64,000 bases of DNA from the human T2T-CHM13v2.0 reference genome, Homo sapiens, in the NCBI RefSeq assembly GCF_009914755.1, contig NC_060926.1; one strand, given 5' to 3'. Position 1 is the stretch's first letter, and each line of letters begins with the position of its first letter. Both the position numbers and the translations under genes were made by a program. Below, in pieces: positions 17,516-31,930 of the stretch. Below the pieces are notes generated by a model. The model did not search any database. It was not told the origin of the DNA and saw only the letters and a list, made by a program, of their open reading frames with translations.

Positions 17516-17997
17516 CGAGGCCCTGGCCCCACCACGCCACCAGTGGGGAGAATGCTTCCTCTAGAAGGCTCTGGTGGATTTGGGTGATGAGGGGGAGAGG
17601 GGTAGTCCCGGGCCAAGCCACACCAGTGACCCCACGTGTGTTCAGAACCCTCCTGTCTACATTTGATTTCATCTTGGCTACTCTTGTCAAGACATGCAGT
17701 TTGTTAGTCTTGAGCAAGTAAGAGTCCTTATTTGTATGCCCTCACATGTTATCACAAATCCCCCAGATTCTTTTTCAGATCTCATGCCCTAATTTGGGGT
17801 TTATGAAATCTACCATGCTGATAGGGATTCCTGTCTGTCATGGGGACTTTGAGCCATGACTCAGAACAAGACACTTATCAATCTGGGGCCTCTCCGAAGA
17901 TGCTGAGACCAGGGCCAGTCTCAGCTGCAACGCCCTGCTTGGAAGCCACTATGGGATGATTCTGCAACAGATATCATGATGCAACAGATGCCCATGA

Positions 17998-18450
<453 letters not shown>

Positions 18451-19249
18451 TAGGACAGAAACAGGTTTTCCTTGGACTCTGTGGTGTGTGCTTGAGTGTA
18501 TGTGGGTGAGTGTGTGTGTGATAACGCACCCTGCCCTGCCTTTCCCTCCCCACTCCTCCAACCTGGAGGTGACAGTCACAGGGCCCAGCCCCTCCCTGCC
18601 ACCTTCCTGCCCCAGCCCCATCTCCATTCAGGGGCAAGTCCTGCTGTGGTGCTTAGAGTGCAGCTCTTTCAGGCTTTCCTTTCGCTTAGCCTTGATTTCC
18701 AGGCCACCATGATCAGACTGGGCTCCCAGGCAGCATCGGAGCATCCCCAAATCCAGGGCTGGGAGGAGCCAGGCCATCTTGTCCAAGTAAGGACTTGAAG
18801 TTCAGAGAGGAGAAGGCACCAAGCTTGTGTCACCCGCAGGTCCATGCAGAAGGGAGATTAGAACCCAGATCTGCTTTTCAGCCCAGGCCAGGCCTGCTAC
18901 AAAAGGGCGGGAGGGGGCACCCAGGCTGAGGTGCTGGAATTAGCAGTTCTCTTTACCCTCAAATTAGCCCTGAGGCTGGCCCAAGCCCCTCCCTGCCAGC
19001 GTGCCCCTCTGTCTTCAGGAGCCCCCAGTGCCTGCCAGGGGCTTCTCCCCTTTTGCCAGCTTGCATCCATCCCCCACGGTTCCGTCTCTTGGCTGCTGCT
19101 TTTACAGGCTCCAAGCAGTGGGGAGGCTGATGGGGAGAGGGGGTCTGTGTTGGACTCAGCCAGACTTACTTCCAGCCAGTCCTCTTGCCCTCCCCTCCAC
19201 AGACTGCCTAGAGACCAGGGAGCTCTCCCAACCCCACCCCTCGCCCCAC

Positions 19250-19410
19250 TGCCACAGCTCTGACTCAGCCCATAAATTACCTAGGAATGGTCCGCTGACT
19301 CAGCCAGGAAGCCCAGAGCCCCCTTCCCCACCCTCAGGCCTCAACCCCACAGCTGGCTTTCATTCCAGAGTACTTGGCCCCCTCCCCTCAGGAAATTCCT
19401 GGAAAATATC
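19250..19410. promoter_or_regulatory. Candidate signal-responsive enhancer (AP-1/MARE, TEAD, STAT motifs)
   Basis: TGACTCAGC 19261-19269, GCTGACTCAGC 19294-19304, GGAATG 19284-19289, CATTCC 19361-19366, TTCCTGGAA 19396-19404. Confidence 0.5.
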
Positions 19411-19745
19411 AGGCTTCTTGGAGGGGAGATCTAACCACAGCCCCGGCAGGGAGCAAAGCCGCTGCAGCCTCATCCATCATTCTGCCCCTGCCCCTCCTCC
19501 AGCAGCTTGTGTGTTGCATGGGACTGAGCATGGAAGTGTCAGACCCCATAAAGTGATGGGTGCATGGCTCTGAGGGGAACTCCGGGGAGGGAGGAGAGAG
19601 GTGAGGCTGGCATGGGGTAGGGCAGTCAGGGCAGGCTGCTGGGAGGTGGAGGACTTTGTTTTGGGCCAGAAACGATGATAAAAACTGCTAAGTGCAGAAA
19701 TGGAAAGCGTGCTTCAGGCCCAGGGGATGGCATAAGAAAAGGCTA

Positions 19746-20138
<393 letters not shown>

Positions 20139-21995
20139 CTAGAGGAGTGGCCGGACCGGAGAACCTGGGCTGATCAGGCCAGAGGGCCGGGGCCGGGGCC
20201 AGGCTGTGGAATTTGCAGGAAGTCTCCAAAGCAAAGGCCCAAGAGACTCTGGGAGACCTGGGAGCAAAGGAGAGCGTTTGGGGGCGGGGAGATGAATCTT
20301 GGACTAAAAGAACCTTGGCCAAGGAACACTGGTCCCTGCAACATCCTTGGACCACCTTGGGATCCCAGTGCCTGCTTCGACCTGAGGGGTGGGGCGGGGC
20401 GTCTGATCATCACACTCCAGTCGGGGCAGAGGCAGGGCTCCGACTCTCAAGGAGCTCAGACTGAGGGACATGGCTGTGGCCTCAAAGAGCCCCCATTCTG
20501 AGGTGGGAACACAGCCCCTTCCTCAGGGAGCCCCCAGTTAAAGGGAGACACAGAACTCCCAGGCCCTTCCTGCCCCCCAGGCCTTAGTGTCCCCTCAAAT
20601 CCGTTCCTCAGAAACCCCATTGGCTTTTGAGGGAAAGCCAAGTCCAATTCTCTGATAAAACTTTTCTTTTTTGGCTGCTTCCCCTCAGACAATACAAACT
20701 TATAAATGTACAAAAATTCCTGGCCAACCTCCCCCAGGAAGGATGGCTGGGTGATGGGCTGTGGCCTCAGTAATGGAGTCACCGAGAAGGGAAGCTGGCT
20801 GAGCAAAGGTACGGCCAGGGTAGGGGGACTGTCCCTCCTGCCATCCATGGCAGAGGGGTGGACACCAAGCCAGGGTACTGTGGGGAAAGGTCTGCTGCGT
20901 CTCCAGCGTTTACCTACCCTTCCTGGGAACAGCAATTCTGCCATGGCCTGGCAGGAGTCAGGGAGGGGTGTGATGGATTCAGAGAGAAAGGTAGGGGCGC
21001 AGCCAGTCAGACGAAATGAAAGCAGAGAAAGAGGTGGAGAGGAGGAGGACACGGAGCAGAAACTCCTTGAAAGCAAGGTTTCCTCGTGGATTCTAGGCCC
21101 AGAAGCCAGGGAAGCTTCTTCATAAATGGGCGTCCCCAGGAAGGCCTCCTCATTCCCAGACTGGAGCTTTTGAGGCTCTAGTGTCTGTCAAAGCCCTCAA
21201 AACATTATATCGACATTCCCAGGTTACATGTGGGACCCCCCCTGACCTCATCCTGAGCCCCAGAGACAGAGCTGCCTTGGTCACTGGTGCATCCCAGCAC
21301 CTGGTGTGTGTTGGGGGGTGGGGGGTCCTTCCCCCCCGCTGTCTGTCCCAGTGCAAAAAAGAAAGAGGGAAAGACTGGGCCACCGGAGGCCAGACAGGCC
21401 CAGCACGGATGTGGCCTCTGGGAAATGGCCCAGGGGCTTGCCCTCCTTCCCAGCTGGCTCTGGGAGCCTGAGCAGGGGCTGGCCCGCCCTCCCCTTTGTG
21501 ACAGGGCAGGAGGGGGTTAGCCAGGTTACCTCTGTGGGCCCCAGCCCCTGAGGGGTGGTGGGTCTCTCAGCCAGGCTGGTCTGGGGAGCGGGGAGGGCAT
21601 CCTGCCTCATTGTCACTGGCCCAGCGCATTTCCAGAAATTCTTCCCATCGGTAAGAAGAGGAAAGAGAGGCCAGGGCAGCCTCACAGGCCAAGTGGGAAC
21701 CAGGTTTCCCGGAGCTCTCACGGCCCAGCCCGAGGTTGGGGCCTCCTGTCTGGGCCAAAGGGCCAGCTCAGCCCTGGGACGGGGATATGTCAGGAATAAC
21801 TGGCCGGTGGACCCAGGACTCACCTTATCCATGCTGGGCCAGGCCGTGTTTGTGTTTGCAGGACAGAGACAGGAGGAAAGAGGCCTGGAAATGCCTGGGC
21901 TTCCCACAGGACTTATTTAACTCTAGCGTCAGGGAAGACTAAAGCTTATATTCATTCCACAGTATATACTGCCTCCCCTCTACCCTCATTTTAGT

Positions 21996-22082
21996 AGGTA
22001 GGTATAGTGTGAATGTGTGCAGGACATGTGTGCATCGTGTGTGTGCACGTAACCCGTGACATGTGTATTTTGGGCTAGTATA
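21996..22082 (-). repeat. 87-bp inverted copy of 24877-24963
   Basis: 83/87 identical to the reverse complement, no indels. Confidence 0.95.
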
Positions 22083-22114
22083 GATAGGTCTTGAGGGAAA
22101 GACAGAGGGCAATG

Positions 22115-22385
22115 TTTTTTCTTTCTCTTTTTTTTTGAGACAGGGTTTTGTTCTGTCACCCAGGCTGGAATGCAGTGGTAGGATCATGGCTCACTGTAGC
22201 CTCCAACTCTTGGGCTCAGGTGATCCTCTTGCCTCAGCCTCCTTGAGTAGCTGGAACTAGAGGCACACACCACCACATCTGGCTAATTAAAAAAAAAAAA
22301 AATTTGTAGAGGCAAAATATTGCTTTGTTGCCCAGGCTGGTCTGGAACTCCTGGCTTCAAGCAATCCTCCTGCCTTGGCCTCCCG
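22115..22385 (-). mobile_element. AluJ
   Basis: Antisense diverged Alu. Confidence 0.9.
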
Positions 22386-22582
22386 AAAATTATTATTACT
22401 ATTCTCCAGTAAAAAACATTTCCCTAGTGTGTTCTGCCTAGCACCATCCTACAGGGATGGCCCTCAATAAAACAGGTAGGTTCACAGGACCCTACACACC
22501 AACCACCCTAAGACTCCCAGTACACAATGTAAATATTCAAGTCTCTAAGAAATCCTGAAGAGACCCAACTCACTTTGGTTAA

Positions 22583-22970
<388 letters not shown>

Positions 22971-24051
22971 AGAACCCTTTTTTCATGGGACACATAGTCA
23001 TAAAACAGATTTTCTAGAAATACATTTTGGGGAAAGCTACAATCAAGCTTTTGGGGTGGTTTTCTATCTTTGCTCCAGCCAAGGTGCCTCGAGGGGCATA
23101 AAGAAAAACGGGGAAATTAATCAGCTGGGCTCTGTGTCTTCATCCCACCCTCACCCACCCCAACTCAACCAGCAGGGCCTTTATTCTACTTTCAGTTTTC
23201 CACAATATATTTTTATTTTATGAAAGGGCTCTGTTGCTAAGTCTGAGAGTTGCTATGGTGTGCATGTTGGTGTCCCTGCCAAAATCATTATGATCATCAT
23301 TTTTCTGTCACCTTTCAGTGTGACCGTGGGAACATCCCTGTTCCTCTCTAAACCCTGGTTTCCTCACCTGAGGCTGTACCCCTCAGATGCATTTGACATC
23401 CGGTTCTTTTCCTCCTCAATCCCTGAAGCTTTCATTCCCCCACAGTCTGCCTTCTCTTTCCCCTTTTCCTGATCCAATGAAGGGTCTGGGCTGGCAGAGA
23501 CCTGGGCCCAGATAACAGCCAAACAATGGCAGCAGAAGCCTCCGAGCCGGGGTGTGGGAACCACCCAAGGTTATGGGGAGAGGGCCGGAAAGAGGAGGAG
23601 GAAACGGGGCAGCTGGACCGGCAGACATGTTGCCCCCAGCCCTGCCCTGGAAGCCCCGCTCCGAGGTTGGTGGAAATCAGCCTGTTTCTCTTGGATGGTC
23701 CCTGCTGGGCCACTCATTCATTCAACAGTTATTTACTGGACACCTACTTGGTGCCAGGCCCTGTGCCAGGAACAACCTTGCCCCTGGGGACTGTCCCTTC
23801 TACTCTGCAAAAACATTCATGGCTGCTGCCTCTGCACTCGCCCCGCCGTCCTGTGTGGCAGGAAGGGCTGAGGTCACCAGTCCCCCCGGACACATCAGAA
23901 GCTGAGGCTCAGCAAGCCGCCATGACTTCTGCAGGGCACATGGAGAGCAGCCTGCACTCCTGCTCTGTCCGCCCCACACCCAGCCTGGGGCCCTCTGCAG
24001 GGGAATAAAATCCTCTGGACATCTTGCCTGCAGGCAGTTAAAACAGATTGT

Positions 24052-24057
<6 letters not shown>

Positions 24058-24096
<39 letters not shown>

Positions 24097-24123
24097 CGCT
24101 CTCTCGCTCTCTCTCTCGCTCTC
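24058..24123. repeat. (CT)n microsatellite with CTCG variants
   Basis: (ct)n ctcgctcgctctctcgct... Confidence 0.95.
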
Positions 24124-24387
24124 ATTTTGTGGTCTTCGATGTACTAATGTGCTGGGCGAAGCAACCTTTACTGAGAACAGTTGTTATGGAAGCTCCAGTT
24201 GTCTGTCAGTTAATTATTACTTTTCTTAAGCCTTTGCTATCACCAGTGAAGCGCTCCAAATCTATCATGGAAATTGCTCTACTTCCCAGTGAAAACCCAT
24301 TGGGAACTTTTCCCATCTTTGCTGAAGGGGTGAAAAGGTCTGGAAAGGTTGATGAGCAATTTTTCTTGGAAACTGGAAACCGCAAGC

Positions 24388-24602
24388 TTTTTTTTTAAAG
24401 AATTTTTTTTATTACAATAGCTTTTGAGGTACAAGTGGTTTTTGGTTACATGGATGAGTTGTACGGTGGTGAAGTCTGAGATTTTAGTGCACCCGTCACC
24501 CGAGTAGTGTACGTTGTACCCAAAATGTAGTTTTTCACCCCTCACCTTCCGCCCCTCCCACTTTCCGGGTCTCCAGGGTCCGTCCTACCACTCTGTATGC
24601 CT
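24388..24602 (-). mobile_element. L1PB-like 3' end fragment
   Basis: gtacaagtggtttttggttacatggatgag...ctgagattttagtgcacccgtcacccgagtagtgtac. Confidence 0.8.
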
Positions 24603-24876
24603 TAAGCTGCAAGATTTTTCATCAGGCACCATGAGCTGGCAGCAAGGTTTCCACAGGACCCCAGTCGCTTTCTGCATGTCTGGATTTCGCAGGGTGTGGG
24701 AAGCAGACCCCTACAATTCCTCACTTCCTCCTGGAGGGGCAAGCCCCAGGAAAGTCACAGGCCTCTTCTCTTTCATTTCTCCATGCAGCTCCACCGGGAG
24801 CTGTTTCAGACTGATGTTACTTCACGTCATTGCTGGGCCCTGCTCAAGGCCAGTGCGTCACAGAGCAAGGACACCT

Positions 24877-25170
24877 TATACTAGCCCGAATTACACATGT
24901 CACGGGTTACGTGCACACACACAATGCACACATATCCTGCACACATTCACACTATACCTACCTTTTCTGTGTTCGTTGCATACAATAGGCATACTGCATG
25001 TACCCACACCAAACACATGTAAACATACCTACTGCATACCACCCACACACTAAATACACATTCACATCACATTTATACATGAACCTATGCCTTGTGTATC
25101 AACAGTCTACACACATATGCTACATTTACAAACACACATCGACAGACACACAAAATACGCGCATTTCACA
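24877..25170. repeat. CA-rich low-complexity tract; first 87 bp are the source of the inverted copy at 21996
   Basis: Degenerate (CA)n/(CATA)n. Confidence 0.75.
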
Positions 25171-25225
25171 AAACTGTTCTTATTTTCTGATTAAAGTTCT
25201 TCTCAAGATTTTAGGCTCTATTTAA

Positions 25226-25619
<394 letters not shown>

Positions 25620-25709
25620 CCAAATTTTCCTTCTTATTAGCTATAAATAAATGCAGCTGGGTACCAATTTCTCCACATGCCAGAAACGTAAATGGACCAA
25701 GAACTCTGA

Positions 25710-26028
<319 letters not shown>

Positions 26029-28945
26029 CACCCTTCCTCTACTTCCTTATGAAACTGCAGCTATGCCTCTGTCTACATGAGACCAAGTGTCAGCTGCTTG
26101 GAGACACATGCCTTCTATCCAGATGTTTGGCCCTGGGGGAACACACAGATTTGTCACAAGTAGTGGAATAACCACTTCTCATGGGGGGTTGGTCCTCTGC
26201 CTACTGTTAGAGCACAGGATGTCACAAAGGGTGTGATGAAGATGGGAGAGGTGAAGCACATGTGCCACCCAACCACCTTGGGAGGCTACAGCAGACATCA
26301 CTAATCCATCACAGCATCCATCCCTCTGATCCTGGACTTGGCTTCACAATCCTCCACACAGACTTACCAGTTAATCAGGACTGGCAAGTGAGGTAGGTAG
26401 GAATTATTTGGGATCCCATGGAGCCCAACTCCCTTGTACTAGGGGCAAGAAAACTGAGTCTCAGAGACGGTGAGTGATTTGTTTGAGATCACACAGCACA
26501 ACTCAAGCTGCTTAGCCACAATGAGACAACCCTCACAGAGCCCCCTGCTCAACTCTGTGCTCCACAGATGTAGCCTGTGTGAGGGCAAGGGCCTCCTGGG
26601 AGCTGAAGAGGGGCCAGAGGGAGGCTCCCCAGACTTGAGTCTCCCAAGACACACTGAATCCCTATTGCCCTGGTCTAAGCCTTAGCTATCCTTGCTGGGA
26701 CAAGCTGAGGGTCCCTGCTGTCCCAGATATCGCAGCCGTGGGCCCCAGTCCCTGGGCGTCTGGCCTTCAGGATCAAGGCCGGGAGTGAGGGGCCCTTCTG
26801 GGTTCATAAATGGTATCTTCCTTCCGTGTTCCTTTCTCTCCCCTGTCTCAGACCTCCCCTTTTCTCCAAAGCCTTCCCAACCCCCCAGGTCTCACCAGGT
26901 GCCTCTCCTCATAATTACGACACTTCAAACACAGATATTTGTCCCTATGCTGGCTTTTACTGGCCTCTTGGCTGGGCACGAGCCTCGGTCCCACAATGGA
27001 ACCAGATGCGCTTTAGGGGCACACACCTTGGCTCATGTTGTGCCTCTGCCAGGATCACGCTTCTCCGCGCTCTCCTCTGCTTCCCACCCATCCTTTAATG
27101 CTCATCACAGGTGTCACCCTACCTCCCCACTCTTACTCCCAAAGGACAAATGTGCCTCGCTCTAAACCACTAAAACCATTTATGGGCTTTTCTCACAACC
27201 CTGGGCAAGTCCTACCTGCTGCTGTCATGTGAGTTTGTAGTGTCTGGTTTTTACCCCTAGTGCAGTGGGTCTTGCACTTCTCAGAACCACAGGACCGTTT
27301 TCCCAGAGGGGGCCCTGCCACCGCCCACCTGGCATCGCCCAGACAACTTGCGTTTTGTGTGGGAACTTCTGCCTGCCTGCACTGAAAGCTCCTAGGCCAG
27401 GCCCCAGCTCCTGCCACGTTGTAGGTGCCGAGGATGAATCTGTTGATGGAGTACCAAGGGATGTACAGGGAATGGAGCCCTGGCCCCCAAGGGTTCCCAG
27501 CCAACCCCACTCCCCTGGATTGGACCTGAGGCAGAGCCCAGGATGGGCTTCCACAGACAGGCTGCCTGGCCTCCAGGCACTTCCTCTTGGGGCAATCCTG
27601 TCCCTCAAGGCAACAGCTGCTTGCAGGCAGCACTGATGGGGGGCGCTGGGGGAGACTCTTCTGGGCGGCCCTGTCTTGGGGCCAGCTGGACACAGTGTCC
27701 CACCTGTGCTGCTTTCAGCCTGGGGTGGGCATTGAGGCTGCCAGGAACATTCCTTCCCTGGGAGGAGAGCGGGGAATACAGCTGCTATGAGAGGGGAGGG
27801 GAGGAACGGGAAGGGGTGCGGGGGGCAGGGGTTAAGGAGGAAATGTGAGCCTCAGCATTTGAGTCACATCACACCTAGACCGACAGATGCTTCCTGGCAC
27901 AGACAGACATGCCATGAGGTGTGTGTCCACACTAATACCGCCACCCAGTTACACATCACACAATGGCACCCCTCACATCCACCTCCACGAGGAGTTTGGG
28001 CAAATCCAACACTGGGAGAGGCTGAAATTGTTTCAGACAATAAAGGAAGAAAATGCAGCAATGCAAGGCAGAGCAGGAGACACTGTGCCTTGCTCAGCGG
28101 GAGAAGCTGCAGATCCTACTGTTTCCATCTCAGCTCAACCACAGAGACTTGAAGGATTGTCCTTAACTTCTTTGGACCCCAGGGCCCAAGTCCAGAGCTC
28201 AATCCCATCAGCCTCACAAACAGCTCCTTGATGCGCCCACGTGATGAAAAAAAAATGTTGGATCGGGACCTAAGAAGTCTGAGTCCTCCAGGCCCAGGCA
28301 GGACCAGCTGGGTGACCTTGGCCAGTCCCTTGACTTCTTTGCTTCCTGGTCTCCGTGCAAAGGGCAGCTCCAAAACCCTTTCAGCCTTGAAGTTGTGTAA
28401 AAGGGCAGTGGTGTAGGATGGGAAGAGGAGCCTCTGGAGGATGAGAGCTTAGAAAGGGAGATCCTCAGACTGGGAAGTCTGGAAATCACTGAGCACATCA
28501 TGAAAGGCCTTTGAAGATTTTCTAGGGAGAGGACAGGTGAGGATGATGGAGGAAAGGAGGCTATGGGGTGGGAGGTAAATCAAGGCCACAACCTCCCACC
28601 TGGGGAAGGAGGAGCGCGCAGCGTGCCCTGAGAAAACACACCCTCCCTGCAAGGTTGCTCTAAAAGATCACTTCCTGGCCCTACCCCTCACAAGCCCCAG
28701 CTGGGTGAGCCACCCATCGGTACTGTCATTGGGCATGTCTGTGTCTTAGAACAGACTCCTAGGCTTGTTACGATGATTCAGTGAAATAATATGTGATAAG
28801 GGCTGAGGCGTGCGCCTGGCACAGTAATGTTAGCAATCGTTGTTGTTGTCCTTATACCTATTATTCTATGTCTGTTGTTTGTATTTCCAGGAACTTGTCT
28901 GCCCCCATCCAAGGCTGAGAATATCCTGATTTTAAAAATACACAT

Positions 28946-29250
<305 letters not shown>

Positions 29251-29339
29251 TACATCATAACTTAAGCTACTTCTTGCCTCCAGAATCTCTGAAATACAGG
29301 ATTTTTATGACTTTTTTATTCAAAAAGATGCCTGCCTTT

Positions 29340-29883
29340 TGTGTAAGTTAGCTTTTCCTGCCTAGCGTCTCACCCCAAAACTTAGTGACTTAAGCACTTA
29401 GTAGCTCATGATTCTGAGAGTTGGCAATTGGAGCTGGGCTCAGCAGGCTGATTCTTTGGCTGGCCTCACCTGGGCTTACTTAGGTAGCTACAGTTAGCTT
29501 GTGGTTCAGCTGGGGACTGTTTGGTTAGGATGATCTCACTCACGCATCTGGGGTTTGGAACTGCTATTTTTTGGTTATCTGCTGGAGTAATGGGAGTGAC
29601 TGGGACATGTCTCCAGCAGGCTAGCCTGGGCTTATTCACATGGTGGCAATCATAAGAGCAGGAAAGGAGGGCAAGTCCAGTGTGTAAGCTCTTTTCCAGC
29701 CTTTGCTTTCTTCACATTTGTTAATGATCCATTGGCCAAAGCAAGTCACAGGGCCAAACTCAGGTTCAAAGGACAGAAAAATAGACTTCACTTCTTGATG
29801 GGAGGTGCTAAAAAGTCACATTGGGAAGAGGAGTTCTTTCAGGGATGGGAGGGAGTATTGCTGCTATTTTTGCTAAGTCTACA
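29340..29883 (-). mobile_element. Old MaLR MLT1 (H-K-type) solo LTR
   Basis: caccccaaaacttagtgacttaa, gctgggctcagc, ccattggccaaagcaagtcac, cttcttgatgggagg. Confidence 0.8.
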
Positions 29884-30014
29884 CGTCCCTTTTTTGTTCC
29901 TCTCCACAAACTTGCTTATAGAATTTCACTGCTAGCATATAGGATTAAGATTCTAGTCTTAACTCTTGTCCATGTGACTCTGGATATATCATGTGCCCTT
30001 ATCACCTGACTTTT

Positions 30015-30400
30015 TGAATCAGAGTTGGAAGGAATCTTGATGACCACTCATTCAATATCCCATCAACAGAGGTTCTTTCTCTGATGAGATCCATCTTGTT
30101 TCCTTTTGCTTCTCTTTCTAATGACGCAGAATAAATTTGAGACCTCATTCATATGGTAAGCCGTCAAATCCCTAAATATACTTGCTTCTAAGTTGTCTCT
30201 TTTCCAGGTTAAATATTCCAGATTTCTTTAACTGTTTTCATTTCAATATTCAGAATCCACATAATTAACAGATTTTCCTGCCTTATCACTTACAGTCCTT
30301 CAAAATGTGGTGCTGAGAGCTATAATATTTGATTTCCTTATCAATGTGCCAATGGGTTATTTCTTATCTCTATTCAATGGTTCCTATGCACTTTGAATCT
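30015..30400 (-). mobile_element. CR1/L3 LINE relic
   Basis: agagttggaaggaatcttga, ctcttttccaggttaaatattcc, cttcaaaatgtggtgc. Confidence 0.5.
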
Positions 30401-30614
30401 TTTGCACATTATTCAGGGTAATTCCTACATTTTGTGTTAGCTTGAAACCCCACATTTTATGTTAGTTTTGGACTTTCACCAAAAAAGAGCTCATGAGGGA
30501 AGCCCTAGATGTCCACAGAATTTTGCAAGCTGCTTTTTACATTTACTTTATTTTGAACATAATTCCAGATTAATCAATATAGATCTACATTATTTTCCCT
30601 CTTTTAGTATATAT

Positions 30615-31285
30615 TTAAATTTTTTCTATGAAGTATACGTTATATACAATAAAATGCAAAGATAAGTTTGACGAAATTGTACATGTATATACACTTTTAA
30701 ACCACTACCTAGAACAAAGTTTCAGACATTTCCAACACTCCAGAAATTTCCCTGATCCTAGTCCATACCTCCCCATCCCAGAGCAGGCAACGGTTCTGAC
30801 CTCTATCACCTTACTTTCGCCTGTTTTGGCAATTCGTATAAATGGAACCATACAGTATGTGCTCTTTTGTGTACACATTTCTGTATAATTGTTTTTTGAG
30901 GTTCATCCATGTAGTTGCATGAATCAGTAGTTCGTTCTTTTTAATTGCCATGTAGATTCCCAATTTGTTTATCCATTTTTCTGTTGGCATATATTTAGAA
31001 ATGCAGATTTAAACCACAACGCAACACTTTTATGCATTCACTAGAAGAGCCAAAGCGATACAGGCTGACAATACCAAGTGTTGACAAAGATGTTAGGACA
31101 ACTGGAGTTCTCATAAACTGGTGGTGGGAGTCTCATAAACTGTTTTGCAGCATCAACTCAAATGGAACACACATAATCCTTTGAACCCATCTTAGGTATG
31201 TACCCAAGTGAAAGGCGTTCATATGACCACCAAAAGACATGTACCAGAATGTTCATCGCAGCTTTATTGATAATACCATCACTGT
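30615..31285 (-). mobile_element. Old L1M with an inverted 5' segment (30997-31285 on + strand)
   Basis: Antisense L1 3' region to ~30996, then sense L1 (gctgacaataccaagtgttgac...caaaagacatgtaccagaatgttcatcgcagcttta). Confidence 0.75.
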
Positions 31286-31599
31286 GTAAATGGCTGCCAC
31301 ACGCTCCATTGTGTGAATGTGCAATCTGCCATTGACTGGTATCAGTTGTAAACAAGGCTGGGATAAGTGTCCTTATACTCACGCCTTGTATGAACTTAAT
31401 ATTATTTCCTTAGGATGAATTCCTGGTAGATTGCTGGGTCAGAAGGCATGCACATCTTTAGGGTTTGAGATCCACTTTGCTACGCTGCCCCCAGACTTGC
31501 ATCAGTTCACCCCTCACCATTCTTGTGTGCCCACGGGCTGGAGGCTTTCACAAGCCCAAAAGCCACTCATTTAAACATGTCCTGCCTCCTCCCTGGAGT

Positions 31600-31930
31600 C
31601 CAGAGAGCCATGGCTTTCCTGGCAGTGAGCAGAAGGAAAGTGTGCAGTAAACACGCAAGATAGCACAATGGCCACAGCTCTCTGGGCCAGGCTGCTGAGC
31701 CAGGGGCCACCACCCTCCTTCCGCCGGCTGAGCCTGAGCTTATCAGAGCAGCTGCTGGGGCCAGGGTGTCGCTGGTGCTGGCGACCCCAGCCTTTGCAGC
31801 CTCACCGCCAGCTGAGCACAGGAAGCAGTGGCTGCAGTGCATAAGTGACCAGCTGCACTGGCCCAGGAGTGTCAATGCAAGCCCAGCCAACATGAATGGG
31901 AATATGAACGGGTCATTAAAGCATGCAGCA
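31600..31930. promoter_or_regulatory. Candidate developmental enhancer (three CAGCTG E-boxes, FOX, SOX, GATA, ETS motifs)
   Basis: GTAAACA 31647, ACAATGG 31665, CTTATCA 31739, CAGCTG 31749/31809/31850, CAGGAAG 31819 in unique sequence. Confidence 0.35.

Noticed and set aside
20184-20200. GGGGCC hexamer repeat
   Set aside because: Fewer than three units; expected by chance in GC-rich DNA.
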